From: an uncultured Actinomycetes bacterium
Lineage (GTDB): Bacteria; Actinomycetota; UBA4738; HRBIN12
DNA length: 64,000 bases
Assembly (NCBI GenBank): GCA_963749895.1
Contig: CAVVOG010000003.1
Coordinates: 63,415 to 127,414 of the forward strand
Direction of reading: 5' to 3'
Both the position numbers and the translations under genes were made by a program. Each line of letters opens with the position of its first letter. Positions within the stretch are counted from its first letter, which is position 1. Below the pieces are notes generated by a model. That model was not told where the DNA came from. It did not search any database and worked only from the letters and a program-made list of their open reading frames with translations. This document shows, one piece after another, positions 36,031 to 46,133 of this stretch.

Positions 36031-37569
36031 GTGAGCGAGCCCCGTCCCGTCCTCGTCGTCGACCTCGGGGCGCAGTACGCGCAGCTGATCGCACGACGGG
36101 TCCGCGAGGCCCACGTCTACTCCGAGATCGTCGCTCACGACCTGACCGCGGCGGAGATCGCGGCGAAGCGGCCGGCCGGCATCATCCTGAGCGGCGGTCC
36201 CGCGAGCGTGTACGAACCCGACGGGCCGCAGGTCGATCCGGGGCTCTTCGAGCTCGGGGTCCCGGTGCTCGGGATCTGCTACGGCCACCAGCTGATGGCG
36301 CAGGCTCTCGGTGGCGAGGTCGGCGCGACCGGGGACCGCGAGTACGGGGGCACGAGCCTGCACGTCGCCGAGCCCGGCGTCCTGCTCCAGGACCTGCCCG
36401 CGAGCGACACCGTGTGGATGAGCCACGGCGACGCGGTCACGCGGGCGCCGGCCGGCTTCCGGGTCACCGCCATGACCGACGCGATCCCCGTGGCGGCGAT
36501 GGAGGACCGCGAGCGCGGGTTCTTCGCGGTCCAGTTCCACCCGGAGGTCTCGCATACGCCGCGCGGCCAGGCCGTGATGAAGCGGTTCCTGTACGACGGG
36601 TGCGGACTGCTGCCCGACTGGACGCCGACGAACATCATCGACGACCAGGTCCGCCGGATCCGCGAGCAGGTGGGAGACGCACAGGTCCTGTGCGCCCTGT
36701 CCGGCGGGGTCGACTCGAGCGTCGCCGCGCTCCTGGTCCATCGGGCGGTAGGCGACCAGCTCACGTGCGTGTTCGTCGATCACGGGCTGAACCGGGAGGG
36801 GGAGCCGGAGCAGGTCGAGGAGACGTTCGCGCGGCATTTCAAGGTGCCGCTCGTCCACGTGAAGGCGCAGGACCGCTTCCTCGCGAAGCTCGCCCGGGTG
36901 ACCGATCCGGAGCGCAAGCGCAAGGCGATCGGTGAGGAATTCATCCGGGTGTTCGAGGAGGTCGCGCGCGAGCACACGGGCGCGGGGTTCCTGGTCCAGG
37001 GCACCCTCTACCCGGACGTGATCGAGTCGGGCTCGAAGACCGCCGCGAACATCAAGAGCCACCACAACGTGGGCGGGCTGCCCGAGGACATGGACTTCGA
37101 GCTCGTGGAGCCCTTGCGGGACCTGTTCAAGGACGAGGTCCGAACGGTCGGCGCCGAGCTCGGCCTTCCCGAGGAGATCACGCAGCGTCAGCCGTTCCCC
37201 GGGCCGGGGCTCGCCGTGCGGATCGTCGGTGAGGTGAACGCAGACAACCTCGCGAAGGTCCGTGGCGCCGACCGCGTCGTCCGTGAGGAGATCCGCCGGG
37301 CCGGCCTCGAGCGCGAGACCTGGCAGGCGTTCTGCGTCCTGCTCGCAGACGTGCAGTCGGTCGGGGTGATGGGCGACGGCCGAACCTATGAGAATCCCGT
37401 GATCGTCCGCGTGGTGACCTCCGAGGACGCGATGACCGCGGACTGGGCGAAGCTGCCCTACGAGGTGCTCGACCGGATCTCGAGCCGGATCGTGCGCGAG
37501 GTCCCGGGTGTGAACCGGGTCGCGTACGACGTCACGAGCAAACCCCCCGGCACGATCGAGTGGGAGTGA
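36031..37569 (+). CDS. guaA: GMP synthase (glutamine-hydrolysing)
   Basis: GATase block ([17 protein letters not shown]), ATP-PPase SGGVDSSV, and C-terminal [14 protein letters not shown]. Confidence 0.97.
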   Translation: MSEPRPVLVVDLGAQYAQLIARRVREAHVYSEIVAHDLTAAEIAAKRPAGIILSGGPASVYEPDGPQVDPGLFELGVPVLGICYGHQLMAQALGGEVGATGDREYGGTSLHVAEPGVLLQDLPASDTVWMSHGDAVTRAPAGFRVTAMTDAIPVAAMEDRERGFFAVQFHPEVSHTPRGQAVMKRFLYDGCGLLPDWTPTNIIDDQVRRIREQVGDAQVLCALSGGVDSSVAALLVHRAVGDQLTCVFVDHGLNREGEPEQVEETFARHFKVPLVHVKAQDRFLAKLARVTDPERKRKAIGEEFIRVFEEVAREHTGAGFLVQGTLYPDVIESGSKTAANIKSHHNVGGLPEDMDFELVEPLRDLFKDEVRTVGAELGLPEEITQRQPFPGPGLAVRIVGEVNADNLAKVRGADRVVREEIRRAGLERETWQAFCVLLADVQSVGVMGDGRTYENPVIVRVVTSEDAMTADWAKLPYEVLDRISSRIVREVPGVNRVAYDVTSKPPGTIEWE

Positions 37570-38036
37570 GCGACAGCCCCGTCCGCGAGGTGCGTCTCCC
37601 GAGGGGGTGGCTGGTCGGCGCCGGCCTCGTCGCTGCCCTGGCGTGGGTGCCCGTGTTCCTCTACGCGGATCGCTCGACGGGGTGGCTCGGCCTCACGCTC
37701 GGTGTCGCGGTCGGGTGCGCGGCCTTCGTCCTGGGGGCGTGGTCCCAGCGGGTCCGGCTCGAGGGCACGCGTCTCAGCGGCAACGTCCTGCTCCGGCGCT
37801 CGGTGGACCTCTCGATGCTCGCGACCATGCGCGTCGGCGGCAATCCGCTGCCCGGAGGAGCACGCTCGAACGACGTCGCGGTCCTCGAGGACGCGAACGG
37901 CGGGCGGGTGACGATCCCGCTCAAGAACTTCCCCTCCGACCGACGTCGCCAGATCGTGGAGCTGCTCCGCGGGCCGGTGCTGGCGAGCGACGCCGAGGTG
38001 GACGAGGCGACCGCCGAGCTCTTCGAGGTGGGCTAG
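37560..38036 (+). CDS. Hypothetical 2-TM membrane protein
   Basis: GTG start overlapping the guaA end. Two hydrophobic helices are followed by a soluble ~90-aa domain. Confidence 0.55.
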   Translation: MGVSDSPVREVRLPRGWLVGAGLVAALAWVPVFLYADRSTGWLGLTLGVAVGCAAFVLGAWSQRVRLEGTRLSGNVLLRRSVDLSMLATMRVGGNPLPGGARSNDVAVLEDANGGRVTIPLKNFPSDRRRQIVELLRGPVLASDAEVDEATAELFEVG

Positions 38037-38713
38037 GCCTCCGGCGACGAGACCAGGTCGGCCTCGACGATCAGACGTTCGCTGCTGGCGTACTTCGGGT
38101 GGCAGGTCGTCAGCACGAGGGTCGGGTGCTTCGTCTGCTCGAGGACGATCCCGGACGTGGCCTCCGGGACGACGAAGACGTCCGAGACCTCGTAGACGAA
38201 CTCGCCGTACTCGGTCCACAGGCTGATCGGATCGCCCGGGCGTACCTGCTCGAGGTCGTAGAAGGGCGCCATGTAGGTCGTTCGGTGCCCCGCGATCCCC
38301 ACCCGGCCCCTCAGGTCCCACGGATCGGCGGTGTCCGGGTAGTGACCCGGCCCCTTCTTCAGCGAGTCGTAGTCGGTCCCCTCGACGACGGCGAAGTCGA
38401 TGTCGATCGACCCGATCTCGATCATCGCGTACGCGCTGCCGGGCACCTCGCGGGTGCCGGGAGGCGGAGCCTCCTCGATCGGCGTCGGGTTCGCGAACGA
38501 GCGCTCCAGCGCCGGCCGCAGGCTGTCCTGGGCGCGTGAGGTCTCCAGGCCGGTGCCCCACAGGAGCCACGCCACGTACCCGGCGAAGAACGCCGAGCCC
38601 ATCAGGCACGCCATACCGAACCAGCGCACGGCGGTACGCCAGTCGAACCGGCGGCGAGGCGGCGCGGACTCGCTCATCCCCTTCACCGTACCCGGGGGAA
38701 GGGCATCGGACAT
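38033..38713 (-). CDS. Class E sortase
   Basis: N-terminal TM, GIAGHRTTYMAPF and TLVLTTCHP (TLxTC catalytic Cys). Confidence 0.85.
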   Translation of the reverse strand: MSDALPPGTVKGMSESAPPRRRFDWRTAVRWFGMACLMGSAFFAGYVAWLLWGTGLETSRAQDSLRPALERSFANPTPIEEAPPPGTREVPGSAYAMIEIGSIDIDFAVVEGTDYDSLKKGPGHYPDTADPWDLRGRVGIAGHRTTYMAPFYDLEQVRPGDPISLWTEYGEFVYEVSDVFVVPEATSGIVLEQTKHPTLVLTTCHPKYASSERLIVEADLVSSPEA

Positions 38714-38744
38714 CGGTCCGACGGCCGAAGACGCGGGTCGGCCC

Positions 38745-38750
38745 TAGACT
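38745..38750 (+). promoter_or_regulatory. -10-like TAGACT, 7 nt upstream of ATG 38758 (leaderless-type)
   Basis: CCTAGACT followed by 7 nt and the ATG, with no SD. Confidence 0.4.
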
Positions 38751-38757
38751 CGCGCGG

Positions 38758-39570
38758 ATGGAGCCCGACCGGATCGACCTGCCCTGGGGTCGGATGCGCG
38801 TGTGGAGAGGTGGGCATGGCCCCGCGCTGCTCGCGCTCCATGGGCTCGGAGGCTCCGGCCGCTATTGGCAGGGGCTCGAGGACCTCGTGGGGGACCGGTT
38901 CACGGTCGTCGCGCCCGACCTGCCGGGGTTCGGATCCTCCGACAAGCCGAAGGTTGTCTACGACCGACCGTTCCTCCTGGACGCGGTCGAGGCCGTCGCG
39001 TGGGATCTGGGTCCCACCGTCGTCGTGGGGCACTCGCTCGGGGGTGTGCTGGGGTTCCTGTGGGCGGCGCGGCATCCGCAACGGACCCGGGCCCTCAACC
39101 TCAGCGGTTCGCCGTTCCCCCAGCCCCGTCCCGACTGGGACCCGGCGCGGTGGGTGGGAGCGCGGCGCCTGGCCCCGGCGGTGGTCGGCGGGCTGGCCAA
39201 GGTCGGCTGGCCGCTGCTCAGCCTCCCGGCCCAGGCCTTCTCGAAGTACCCGGGGGCCGTGGTCCGTGATTACGGGCGGCAGACGATGCAGAGCCGCGCC
39301 TGGACCATGTGGTCCCTGTGGGCCGATCCGGCGCTCCGCGCGGAGCTCCCGGACCTGGCCGCTCGCCTAGACCCGGCCATGCCGATCCTCCTGGTACACG
39401 CCGCCGACGATCGGAGCGTCCGTCCGGACGCTATGGACGGATGGGCCGACGTGCTCCCGATGACACGTCGTGAGCTGCTGCCGGACGGCGGGCATCAGTT
39501 CCTGCTGCATCAGCGGTTCGCACCCCTGGGACCGTGGCTGGCCGAACACGCCGCCTTCGAACGGGACTAG
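38758..39570 (+). CDS. Alpha/beta hydrolase
   Basis: ALLALHGLGGSGRYW, and VVVGHSLGGVLG (GxSxG). The C-terminal GGHQFLLHQ could supply the His. Confidence 0.85.
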   Translation: MEPDRIDLPWGRMRVWRGGHGPALLALHGLGGSGRYWQGLEDLVGDRFTVVAPDLPGFGSSDKPKVVYDRPFLLDAVEAVAWDLGPTVVVGHSLGGVLGFLWAARHPQRTRALNLSGSPFPQPRPDWDPARWVGARRLAPAVVGGLAKVGWPLLSLPAQAFSKYPGAVVRDYGRQTMQSRAWTMWSLWADPALRAELPDLAARLDPAMPILLVHAADDRSVRPDAMDGWADVLPMTRRELLPDGGHQFLLHQRFAPLGPWLAEHAAFERD

Positions 39571-41984
39571 CCGCTCGACGCGCCGAGCGCGGTCCCGAGC
39601 ATGGCCGCGAACCGGTCGGCGGAGACCGGACGGCTGTAGCGGAACCCCTGGCCCAAGACGCATCCGTGCTCGAGCAGGAACCGCTCCTGCTCGAGCGTCT
39701 CGATGCCCTCGACGACGACGGTGAGCCCGAGCATCTCGGCGAGCATCACCATGGCGCGGACGACCGCCTCGTCCTGCGGTGTGCCGGGGAGGCGTCCCAC
39801 GAAGCTCCGGTCGATCTTCAGGAGGTCCGGGCGGAGGTCGGTGAGCCGAGACAACGACGACGCTCCGGTCCCGAAGTCATCGATCGCGAGTCCCACGCCG
39901 CCCGCTCGGAGTTCGTCCACGGCCTTCGCCGTGTGCGCGACGTCGGCCATCACCGTCGACTCGGCGAGCTCGACGACGATCGACGACGGTGTGACCCCCG
40001 CGGCGCGGACCTGGCGGAGGATCCTGCCGGCGAGGTCGGGCTGCCAGAACTCGCGCGGGGAGAGGTTGACGCTCACCCGCACGGGGGTGCCGTCCGCCTC
40101 CCAGGCTGCCACCTGTCGACAGGCCTCCTGGACGACCCATCGTCCCAGCGGCTCGATCAGCCCGAGCGTCTCCGCGAGCGGGATGAACCGGTCCGGCAAG
40201 ACCATGCCGGATCCGGGGTCGTCCCATCGGACCAGCGCCTCGGCGCCGACGATCGCGCCGGTCCGAAGGTCGACCACGGGTTGGTAGTGGAGGACCCATT
40301 CCTCGCGTTCGACGGCGCGGCGGAGCTTCGACGCGAGGCGCAGCCGCTCCTCGGGCGTCGAACCGCCGCCCGCATCGTGATCCCCGGCGAGCGTCACGGT
40401 GCCCGGTCCGCGGGCCTTCCCCTTCGTCCTGGCCTCGTCGGCGCGTCGTACCAGCTCGTCGGCCCCGGCCCCGTCGACCCCCAAGACGGCGACGCCGATC
40501 GTCGCGGAGAGGAACACCTCGACGGTCTTCACCAGGAACGGCTCGCGCAGCTGCTCCTGGAGGCGCCCGGCTGCCTGGAGCGCCGCGGCCTGAGGGGCCG
40601 CGGGGTCGAGGTCCTCCAACAGGACGAGGAACTCGTCGCCGCTGCTCCGCGCGAAGAGGTCGGTCGTCCGGATCGACGGCACCAGGCGTTCGACGACGGC
40701 ACGAAGGACCTCGTCGCCGGTCTCGTGCCCGAAGCTCTCGTTGACCAGGCGGAACAGGTCGAGCCCGATCGACAGGACGCCCACGGCATGGCCGCTCCGG
40801 CCGGCCCGGTGCATCGCGCGTTCGAGTTCCTCCTCGAACCGTTCCCGGGTCGGCAGGTCGGTGAGGCGATCGTGGTAGGCGAGGCGGGCGACCTCCGCCT
40901 CGGCCTCCTTGCGGGCGGTCACGTCCAGCATGAATCCCTGCCAGACGGTCTGACCGTCGGCCGTCTTCATCGGGATCGCCTCGTCGTGGATCCAGACGGT
41001 CCTCCCGTCGAGGGCGACCATCCGGTACTCGGAGACCAGCTGCACCCCGTCGCGCTTGGCGCGGTCCGATTCTTCGATCGCCCGTTCCCGATCCTCGGGG
41101 TGCACCAGCCTCGTCCACAGATCCGCGATCGTGGCCCAGTCGTGCATCGGATACCCGAGCATGCGTTCGATCCGCGGACTGATGTACGAGGGGATGGACG
41201 GTTCGGCCTCATCGGTGTCGAGGTACACCACGGCGGGGATCGCTTCGAGGAGCTGCCGGTAGCGCCTCTCGGCTTCGGTGAGTCGGTCCAGGGCCTGCCG
41301 CTGCTCGGTGACGTCGAACATCACCCCTTGCAGGAGCTCGGGTGCCCCGTCCTCGCCCGGGAGCACCTGGGCCTTCTCGGCGATCCACCGGACCGAGCCG
41401 TCCTTGGCGACGATGCGGTACTCGTCGGCCCACGCGGCGCCGTCCGCGGAGGCAGCCTCGTCCTTCGCGAGCATCCGTACGCGGTCGGCCGGGTGGAGCA
41501 TGCGCCGTTCCCACAGCGTGGGGTCGCTCGTCCACTCCTCGCTGGTGTAGCCGGTCAGTCGCTCCACCTGCGGGCTCATGTAGAGGGTTGAGCCCGCGAG
41601 GTCGTCGATGTAGGTCGCGGCCGGGATCTGTTCGACGAGACGACGGAACCGTGCGTCGGCGTCTGCGGAGGCCTCCGTGGCCTCGTCGACCCTCCGCCCG
41701 ATCACGACGCATCCCACGTCGGGGCCGCCGAGCGGGAGCGCGGTCCATCCCATGGTGACCTGCATACCGTCGACGTCGACCGACTCCGTGCGGAACGTGG
41801 AGCCGTGGCCCCCGCCCACGGGGAACGGGTCGATCCGTCTCCCGAGTTCGGGCGCGCCCCCCAGGAGCCGTCGATGCGCCTCGTTCGCCCAGACGACCGC
41901 CCCCGCCGCGTCGATCACCGCGGCGGGCACGTCGGCGCGGGACAGGAAGGAGCGCAGCTCGGGAGTGACGACGCCGTCGCTCAC
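39567..41984 (-). CDS. PAS-PAS-PAS-GGDEF-EAL c-di-GMP signalling protein
   Basis: Three PAS-like modules. The GGDEF domain has SGDEF preceded by RTTD at the I-site spacing. EAL-domain motifs are EALVRW, DDFGTG, KIDRSF and EGIET. Confidence 0.9.
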   Translation of the reverse strand: MSDGVVTPELRSFLSRADVPAAVIDAAGAVVWANEAHRRLLGGAPELGRRIDPFPVGGGHGSTFRTESVDVDGMQVTMGWTALPLGGPDVGCVVIGRRVDEATEASADADARFRRLVEQIPAATYIDDLAGSTLYMSPQVERLTGYTSEEWTSDPTLWERRMLHPADRVRMLAKDEAASADGAAWADEYRIVAKDGSVRWIAEKAQVLPGEDGAPELLQGVMFDVTEQRQALDRLTEAERRYRQLLEAIPAVVYLDTDEAEPSIPSYISPRIERMLGYPMHDWATIADLWTRLVHPEDRERAIEESDRAKRDGVQLVSEYRMVALDGRTVWIHDEAIPMKTADGQTVWQGFMLDVTARKEAEAEVARLAYHDRLTDLPTRERFEEELERAMHRAGRSGHAVGVLSIGLDLFRLVNESFGHETGDEVLRAVVERLVPSIRTTDLFARSSGDEFLVLLEDLDPAAPQAAALQAAGRLQEQLREPFLVKTVEVFLSATIGVAVLGVDGAGADELVRRADEARTKGKARGPGTVTLAGDHDAGGGSTPEERLRLASKLRRAVEREEWVLHYQPVVDLRTGAIVGAEALVRWDDPGSGMVLPDRFIPLAETLGLIEPLGRWVVQEACRQVAAWEADGTPVRVSVNLSPREFWQPDLAGRILRQVRAAGVTPSSIVVELAESTVMADVAHTAKAVDELRAGGVGLAIDDFGTGASSLSRLTDLRPDLLKIDRSFVGRLPGTPQDEAVVRAMVMLAEMLGLTVVVEGIETLEQERFLLEHGCVLGQGFRYSRPVSADRFAAMLGTALGASSG

Positions 41985-42097
41985 GGTGCCGCCTCGCCGT
42001 GCGGGGACGGGCGAACCAGCGTGGGGTTCACCCTCGAGGAATCGGTTCGGCCGGAAGCACCCTTGAGGGTCGCGGGGACCGTGTGGGCGGACCCCCC

Positions 42098-42103
42098 TAG
42101 ACT
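42098..42103 (+). promoter_or_regulatory. -10-like TAGACT, 6 nt upstream of GTG 42110 (leaderless-type pcrA start)
   Basis: CCTAGACT followed by 6 nt and the GTG, with no SD. Confidence 0.4.
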
Positions 42104-42109
42104 GGCCGG

Positions 42110-44386
42110 GTGAACGCGGTCTCGCCCCTGCTCGAGGGGCTCAACGACATCCAACGCGAGGCGGTCCTCCACACGGAGGGACCGGTCCTGATCGTGGCGG
42201 GCGCCGGGAGCGGCAAGACGCGGGCCCTCACCCACCGGATCGCGCACCTGATCCGCGGGAAGGGCGTCTCGCCCTACGAGATCTTGGCGATCACCTTCAC
42301 GAACAAGGCGTCGCGCGAGATGGCCGAGCGCGTCGAGTCGCTGGTCGGGTCGGGGATCGCGAGCGGGATGTGGATCCTCACGTTCCACTCGACCTGTGCC
42401 CGGATCCTCCGCCGGGAGCACGAGCACCTCGGCGTTCCCTCCGGCTTCACGATCTACGACGACGGCGACACGGAGCGGCTGATCGCCGGGATCGGCAAGG
42501 ACCTGGACATCGACCCGAAGAGGTTCCCGCCGCGGCAGCTCGCGGCCGCGATCGGCAAGGCGAAGGATCGGGTGCTCGGCCCCGACGACCTGGCCGCGAT
42601 GGCCTCGAACTTCTACGAGGAGATCGTCGCGAAGGTGTACCGCGCGTACGAGGTGCGCAAACGGGAGGCGGGCGCCCTCGACTTCGACGACCTGATCAGC
42701 GAAACGGTCCGGCTGTTCCGCGACCACCCCGAGGTCCTTCGTCACTACCAGGAACGGTTCACGTACCTGCTGGTCGACGAGTACCAGGACACCTCGCGTG
42801 CCCAGTACGAGCTGGTGAACCTCCTCGCGGCGCGTTCCCGCAACCTGTGCGTCGTGGGCGACGCCGACCAGGGGGTGTACTCCTGGCGAGGCGCCACGAT
42901 CCAGAACATCCTGGACTTCGAGCGCGACTTCCCCGACGCACAGGTCTTCCTGATGGAGCAGAACTACCGCTCCACCGGGAACATCCTCGACGTCGCGAAC
43001 GCGCTGATCGAACGCAACACCCTGCGCAAGCCGAAGACGCTGTGGACCGACGCCGCCGCGGGCGAGCTCGTCGTCAGCTTCCGTGCGAACGACGAGCACG
43101 AAGAAGCGCTGTTCGTGGCGTCGGAGATCGAGCGCCTCCGCGACGAGGAGGGCTACCGCTTCCGCGACGTGGCGGTGTTCTTCCGGACGAACGCGCAGGC
43201 CAGGGTGGTCGAGGACGTGTTCATGCGGGTCGGCATGCCGTACAGGGTCTTCGGCGGGGTCCGTTTCTACCAGCGCAAGGAGATCAAGGACGTCGTCGGG
43301 TACCTGCGTCTGCTGGTCAACCCGCAGGACGTGATCTCGTTCCGCCGGGTCGTGAACATGCCGAAGCGCGGGATCGGCGATGCGACCGTCGCGGCGCTCG
43401 AGTCGTTCGCCCGCCAGGAGGGGATCGACGTCGTCGAGGCCTGCCGTCGCGTCGACGAGATCGACGTGCTGCAGAACCGAGCGAAGGGCGCGGTCGCCGG
43501 CTTCACGCAGGTGATGACGGCGCTCCGCGCGCATCTCGACGACGGCGCCGGGCCGGCGCGGATGATCGAGTTCGCCGCGCAGGAGTCGGGATACCTGGCG
43601 GAGCTCGAGGACGATCGCTCGATCGAGTCGCAAGGCCGGATCGAGAACCTGCAGGAGCTCGCCGGTGTGGCCATGGAGATCGCGGCGCGCGATCCGGAGG
43701 TCGACCTCGAGGGTGTCCTCGAACAGGTCTCGCTCGTGGGGGAGCAGGACGAGTACGACGAGGATGACTCCTCCGTCACCTTGATGACCCTGCACATCGC
43801 GAAGGGCCTCGAGTTCCCGGTCGTGTTCATCGTGGGGATGGAGGACGGGATCTTCCCGCACTTCCGTTCGATGACCGACCAGCACGAGCTCGAGGAGGAG
43901 CGGCGCCTCGCCTACGTGGGGATCACCCGAGCGCAGCAACGCCTGTACCTGACCCACGCCTGGAGCCGGACCCTCTTCGGCCAGACGAACTTCAACCCGC
44001 CCTCGCGGTTCCTCGGCGAGCTGCCGCAGCACCTGATCGACGTCCGCGAGTCGGAGCTCCGGCAACGGACGCCCTCGCGGTACGGGGGAGGGTCGTCGAG
44101 CGGGAGCCGGGCGAGCGGCGGCGGGTACTCGGTGGTGGGGCTCCCCGGTCGCGAGCGGGAGGTCGCCGTCACGCCGGGATGGACCCCGCCGCAGCCGGCG
44201 GGGGTGCCCAAGCGAGAGGCCCCCGCGATCGCACCCGGCGACACGGTGATGCACGATCGCTTCGGCGAGGGTGTGGTCCTGACCGTGAGCGGCCAGGGCG
44301 ACGACGCCGAAGCGCGGGTCGCCTTCAGCGAGGTGGGCGAGAAGACGCTGCTCCTGGCCTACGCCCCTCTGAAGAAGATCGGCTGA
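42110..44386 (+). CDS. pcrA: ATP-dependent DNA helicase PcrA/UvrD
   Basis: LNDIQREAV, AGAGSGKTRALTHRIAHL, LLVDEYQDTS, VGDADQGVYSWRGA, QNYRST, TLHIAKGLEFPVVF and RRLAYVGITRA. Confidence 0.95.
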   Translation: MNAVSPLLEGLNDIQREAVLHTEGPVLIVAGAGSGKTRALTHRIAHLIRGKGVSPYEILAITFTNKASREMAERVESLVGSGIASGMWILTFHSTCARILRREHEHLGVPSGFTIYDDGDTERLIAGIGKDLDIDPKRFPPRQLAAAIGKAKDRVLGPDDLAAMASNFYEEIVAKVYRAYEVRKREAGALDFDDLISETVRLFRDHPEVLRHYQERFTYLLVDEYQDTSRAQYELVNLLAARSRNLCVVGDADQGVYSWRGATIQNILDFERDFPDAQVFLMEQNYRSTGNILDVANALIERNTLRKPKTLWTDAAAGELVVSFRANDEHEEALFVASEIERLRDEEGYRFRDVAVFFRTNAQARVVEDVFMRVGMPYRVFGGVRFYQRKEIKDVVGYLRLLVNPQDVISFRRVVNMPKRGIGDATVAALESFARQEGIDVVEACRRVDEIDVLQNRAKGAVAGFTQVMTALRAHLDDGAGPARMIEFAAQESGYLAELEDDRSIESQGRIENLQELAGVAMEIAARDPEVDLEGVLEQVSLVGEQDEYDEDDSSVTLMTLHIAKGLEFPVVFIVGMEDGIFPHFRSMTDQHELEEERRLAYVGITRAQQRLYLTHAWSRTLFGQTNFNPPSRFLGELPQHLIDVRESELRQRTPSRYGGGSSSGSRASGGGYSVVGLPGREREVAVTPGWTPPQPAGVPKREAPAIAPGDTVMHDRFGEGVVLTVSGQGDDAEARVAFSEVGEKTLLLAYAPLKKIG

Positions 44387-44438
44387 GGGTCGAAGGCCCG
44401 GGGGCCGAGGGAGGCCCGAGTCCCCAGCCCGGTCCGCG

Positions 44439-45914
44439 TCAGGCGGGCGCGCCGAGGCGGTCGAGGACGTTCCGTGTGATCCGCACCACCTCCGGGTCGT
44501 CGTGCTTCAGCCCGAACGCCCAGTCGGTGCATCCGCCATTGAAGATCGTTGCGCCGCTTTCGGGCCGGTGGAACACCGCGCAGACCGCGTGGTTGTTCGC
44601 GACCTCCTCCAGCCGTTCGGGGTTCACTTCGCCGAACAGCGCCTCGGCGACGTTCTCCAGCTCGCCGGGCTCGTGCGCGTAGCGGGTCGGCTGCTCGTGC
44701 TGCGCCCAGAGGCGCGCGGGCGCCGAGGCGAGGATCTCGAGCGTCTCCGGGGCCCCGTCGCGGTGGGTCGGGATCGGGATCCCGCAGCGCATCCGCAGCT
44801 CGCACCCGTCCACCTCGTAGGCGACGATCGCGTCGCGCTGCCCGAAGTGGTCGCCGTAGTGCAGCTCCGTCCCCCCGAACGCCCAGTGGTCGGGCTTCCA
44901 CACCGTGTAGCCGCCGGAGGCGCGAGGCGCGCCGAGCCCGTACCGCGAGTACCCGCCACGGCTGAACGACAGGCCGATCGTCTCGTGCTCCGGTCTGCCG
45001 ACGCGACGGTCGGCCCAGATCCCGGTCAGGAAACGCTCGTCGTCGGTGCCGAGCACCGGGTCCTCGTGCGCCTTGTACTTGAAGCACGTCATCGCTCGGT
45101 GGTCGTCCTCGAAACGGACCTGCCAGAAGCAGGTGTTCCCGCTGAAGATCGCCGCGTTCCCGCCGGTCTGCGTGAACCGGTCGAGCGCGTCGCGCATCTG
45201 CCACGACCAATACTCGTCGTGGCCGACGCTCACGAAGCTCCGGTGGCCGTCCAGCACCTCGGGGTGCTGCACGAGGTCCTGGCTGACCGCGAAGTCCAGG
45301 CGGTAGCCGTTCGTCTCCGCCCAGCGGACGAACGGGCGCTCCCAGTTCCACCAGCCCGACGAGCCGCTCCAGTCGGACAGGCCGAGCGGGCGAGCCCACT
45401 CCCGGTAGCCCATCGCCTCCTTGTCGGGGGTCGACTGCATCATCCGCCCGATCGGTTCCGGCTTGACGAGGAAGCCTTTCGCCATCGGCCGCTCGAACGA
45501 GACGCGGGTCCCACCGGTGTACAGCGAGGGACCTCCGAAGTCGTTGTACGCGTTGTAGGTGGTGGTCGTGAGGACCAGGAGGTAGGGGGCGGGCTCGGCG
45601 TCCGGGGAGCGGCGGACGACGAGGAACGCGTCGGCCCGCTCGTCGCCGGCGGTCAGGGTCACCGCGTAGTAGCCGGAGCGCCAGTCGGGGCCGACCGGGA
45701 TCTCGAACGAGACCGGCCAGCCACAGCCCTGGGACGATGCGTCGTCGGGGACGGCGTGGTGGCCGGCGGTGAGCCCCTGGGCACGCCACACGACGTCGCG
45801 CTTCACGCCGTCGCGGGCGACCTCGACGTCGAACGACGGCGCATCGGTGGACGCGTGGACCTCGACCTGATCGCCCGGCGTGACCGACAGCGGCCAGCAG
45901 TACGCCTCGAGCAC
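44439..45914 (-). CDS. N,N-dimethylformamidase beta-subunit-like family protein (tentative)
   Basis: 491 aa with a GTG start after GAGGAGGAG. LVLTTTTYNAYNDFGGPSLYTGG and SVGHDEYWSWQMRDAL blocks recalled from this family. The assignment is from memory only. Confidence 0.5.
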   Translation of the reverse strand: MLEAYCWPLSVTPGDQVEVHASTDAPSFDVEVARDGVKRDVVWRAQGLTAGHHAVPDDASSQGCGWPVSFEIPVGPDWRSGYYAVTLTAGDERADAFLVVRRSPDAEPAPYLLVLTTTTYNAYNDFGGPSLYTGGTRVSFERPMAKGFLVKPEPIGRMMQSTPDKEAMGYREWARPLGLSDWSGSSGWWNWERPFVRWAETNGYRLDFAVSQDLVQHPEVLDGHRSFVSVGHDEYWSWQMRDALDRFTQTGGNAAIFSGNTCFWQVRFEDDHRAMTCFKYKAHEDPVLGTDDERFLTGIWADRRVGRPEHETIGLSFSRGGYSRYGLGAPRASGGYTVWKPDHWAFGGTELHYGDHFGQRDAIVAYEVDGCELRMRCGIPIPTHRDGAPETLEILASAPARLWAQHEQPTRYAHEPGELENVAEALFGEVNPERLEEVANNHAVCAVFHRPESGATIFNGGCTDWAFGLKHDDPEVVRITRNVLDRLGAPA

Positions 45915-45927
45915 GGGGGTCTCCTCC

Positions 45928-46092
45928 TCAGCCGAACAGCGCGAAGTACCCGGCGACCACGATCACGACGCCGGCGACGATCGGGGCGATCACCCAGGCG
46001 AGCCCCAGGCGGCCGCGGTAGGGGCCGAGGGTGCCGACCTTCGTCGTCGGCTTCAGGCCAGGCGGGCGGATCGTCACCTTCTTTCGCGCCAT
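45928..46092 (-). CDS. Small (54-aa) basic single-pass membrane protein, below the ORF-track cutoff
   Basis: Hand translation: MARKKVTIRPPGLKPTTKVGTLGPYRGRLGLAWVIAPIVAGVVIVVAGYFALFG. The stop lies 13 nt upstream of the 45914 start. Only weak RBS evidence was seen. Confidence 0.4.
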   Translation of the reverse strand: MARKKVTIRPPGLKPTTKVGTLGPYRGRLGLAWVIAPIVAGVVIVVAGYFALFG

Positions 46093-46133
46093 CGGGGCCA
46101 GTCTACGGAGCCGAGCCGGCGCAGCGAGCCGGG

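Noticed and set aside
44502-46133. Upstream 540 codons of plus-strand ORF 44502..46304.
   Set aside because: This part is antisense to the DMFase-like gene and the small membrane ORF and has no motifs. Only the last ~56 codons (46134..46304) show real homology, to the RTX-like protein.
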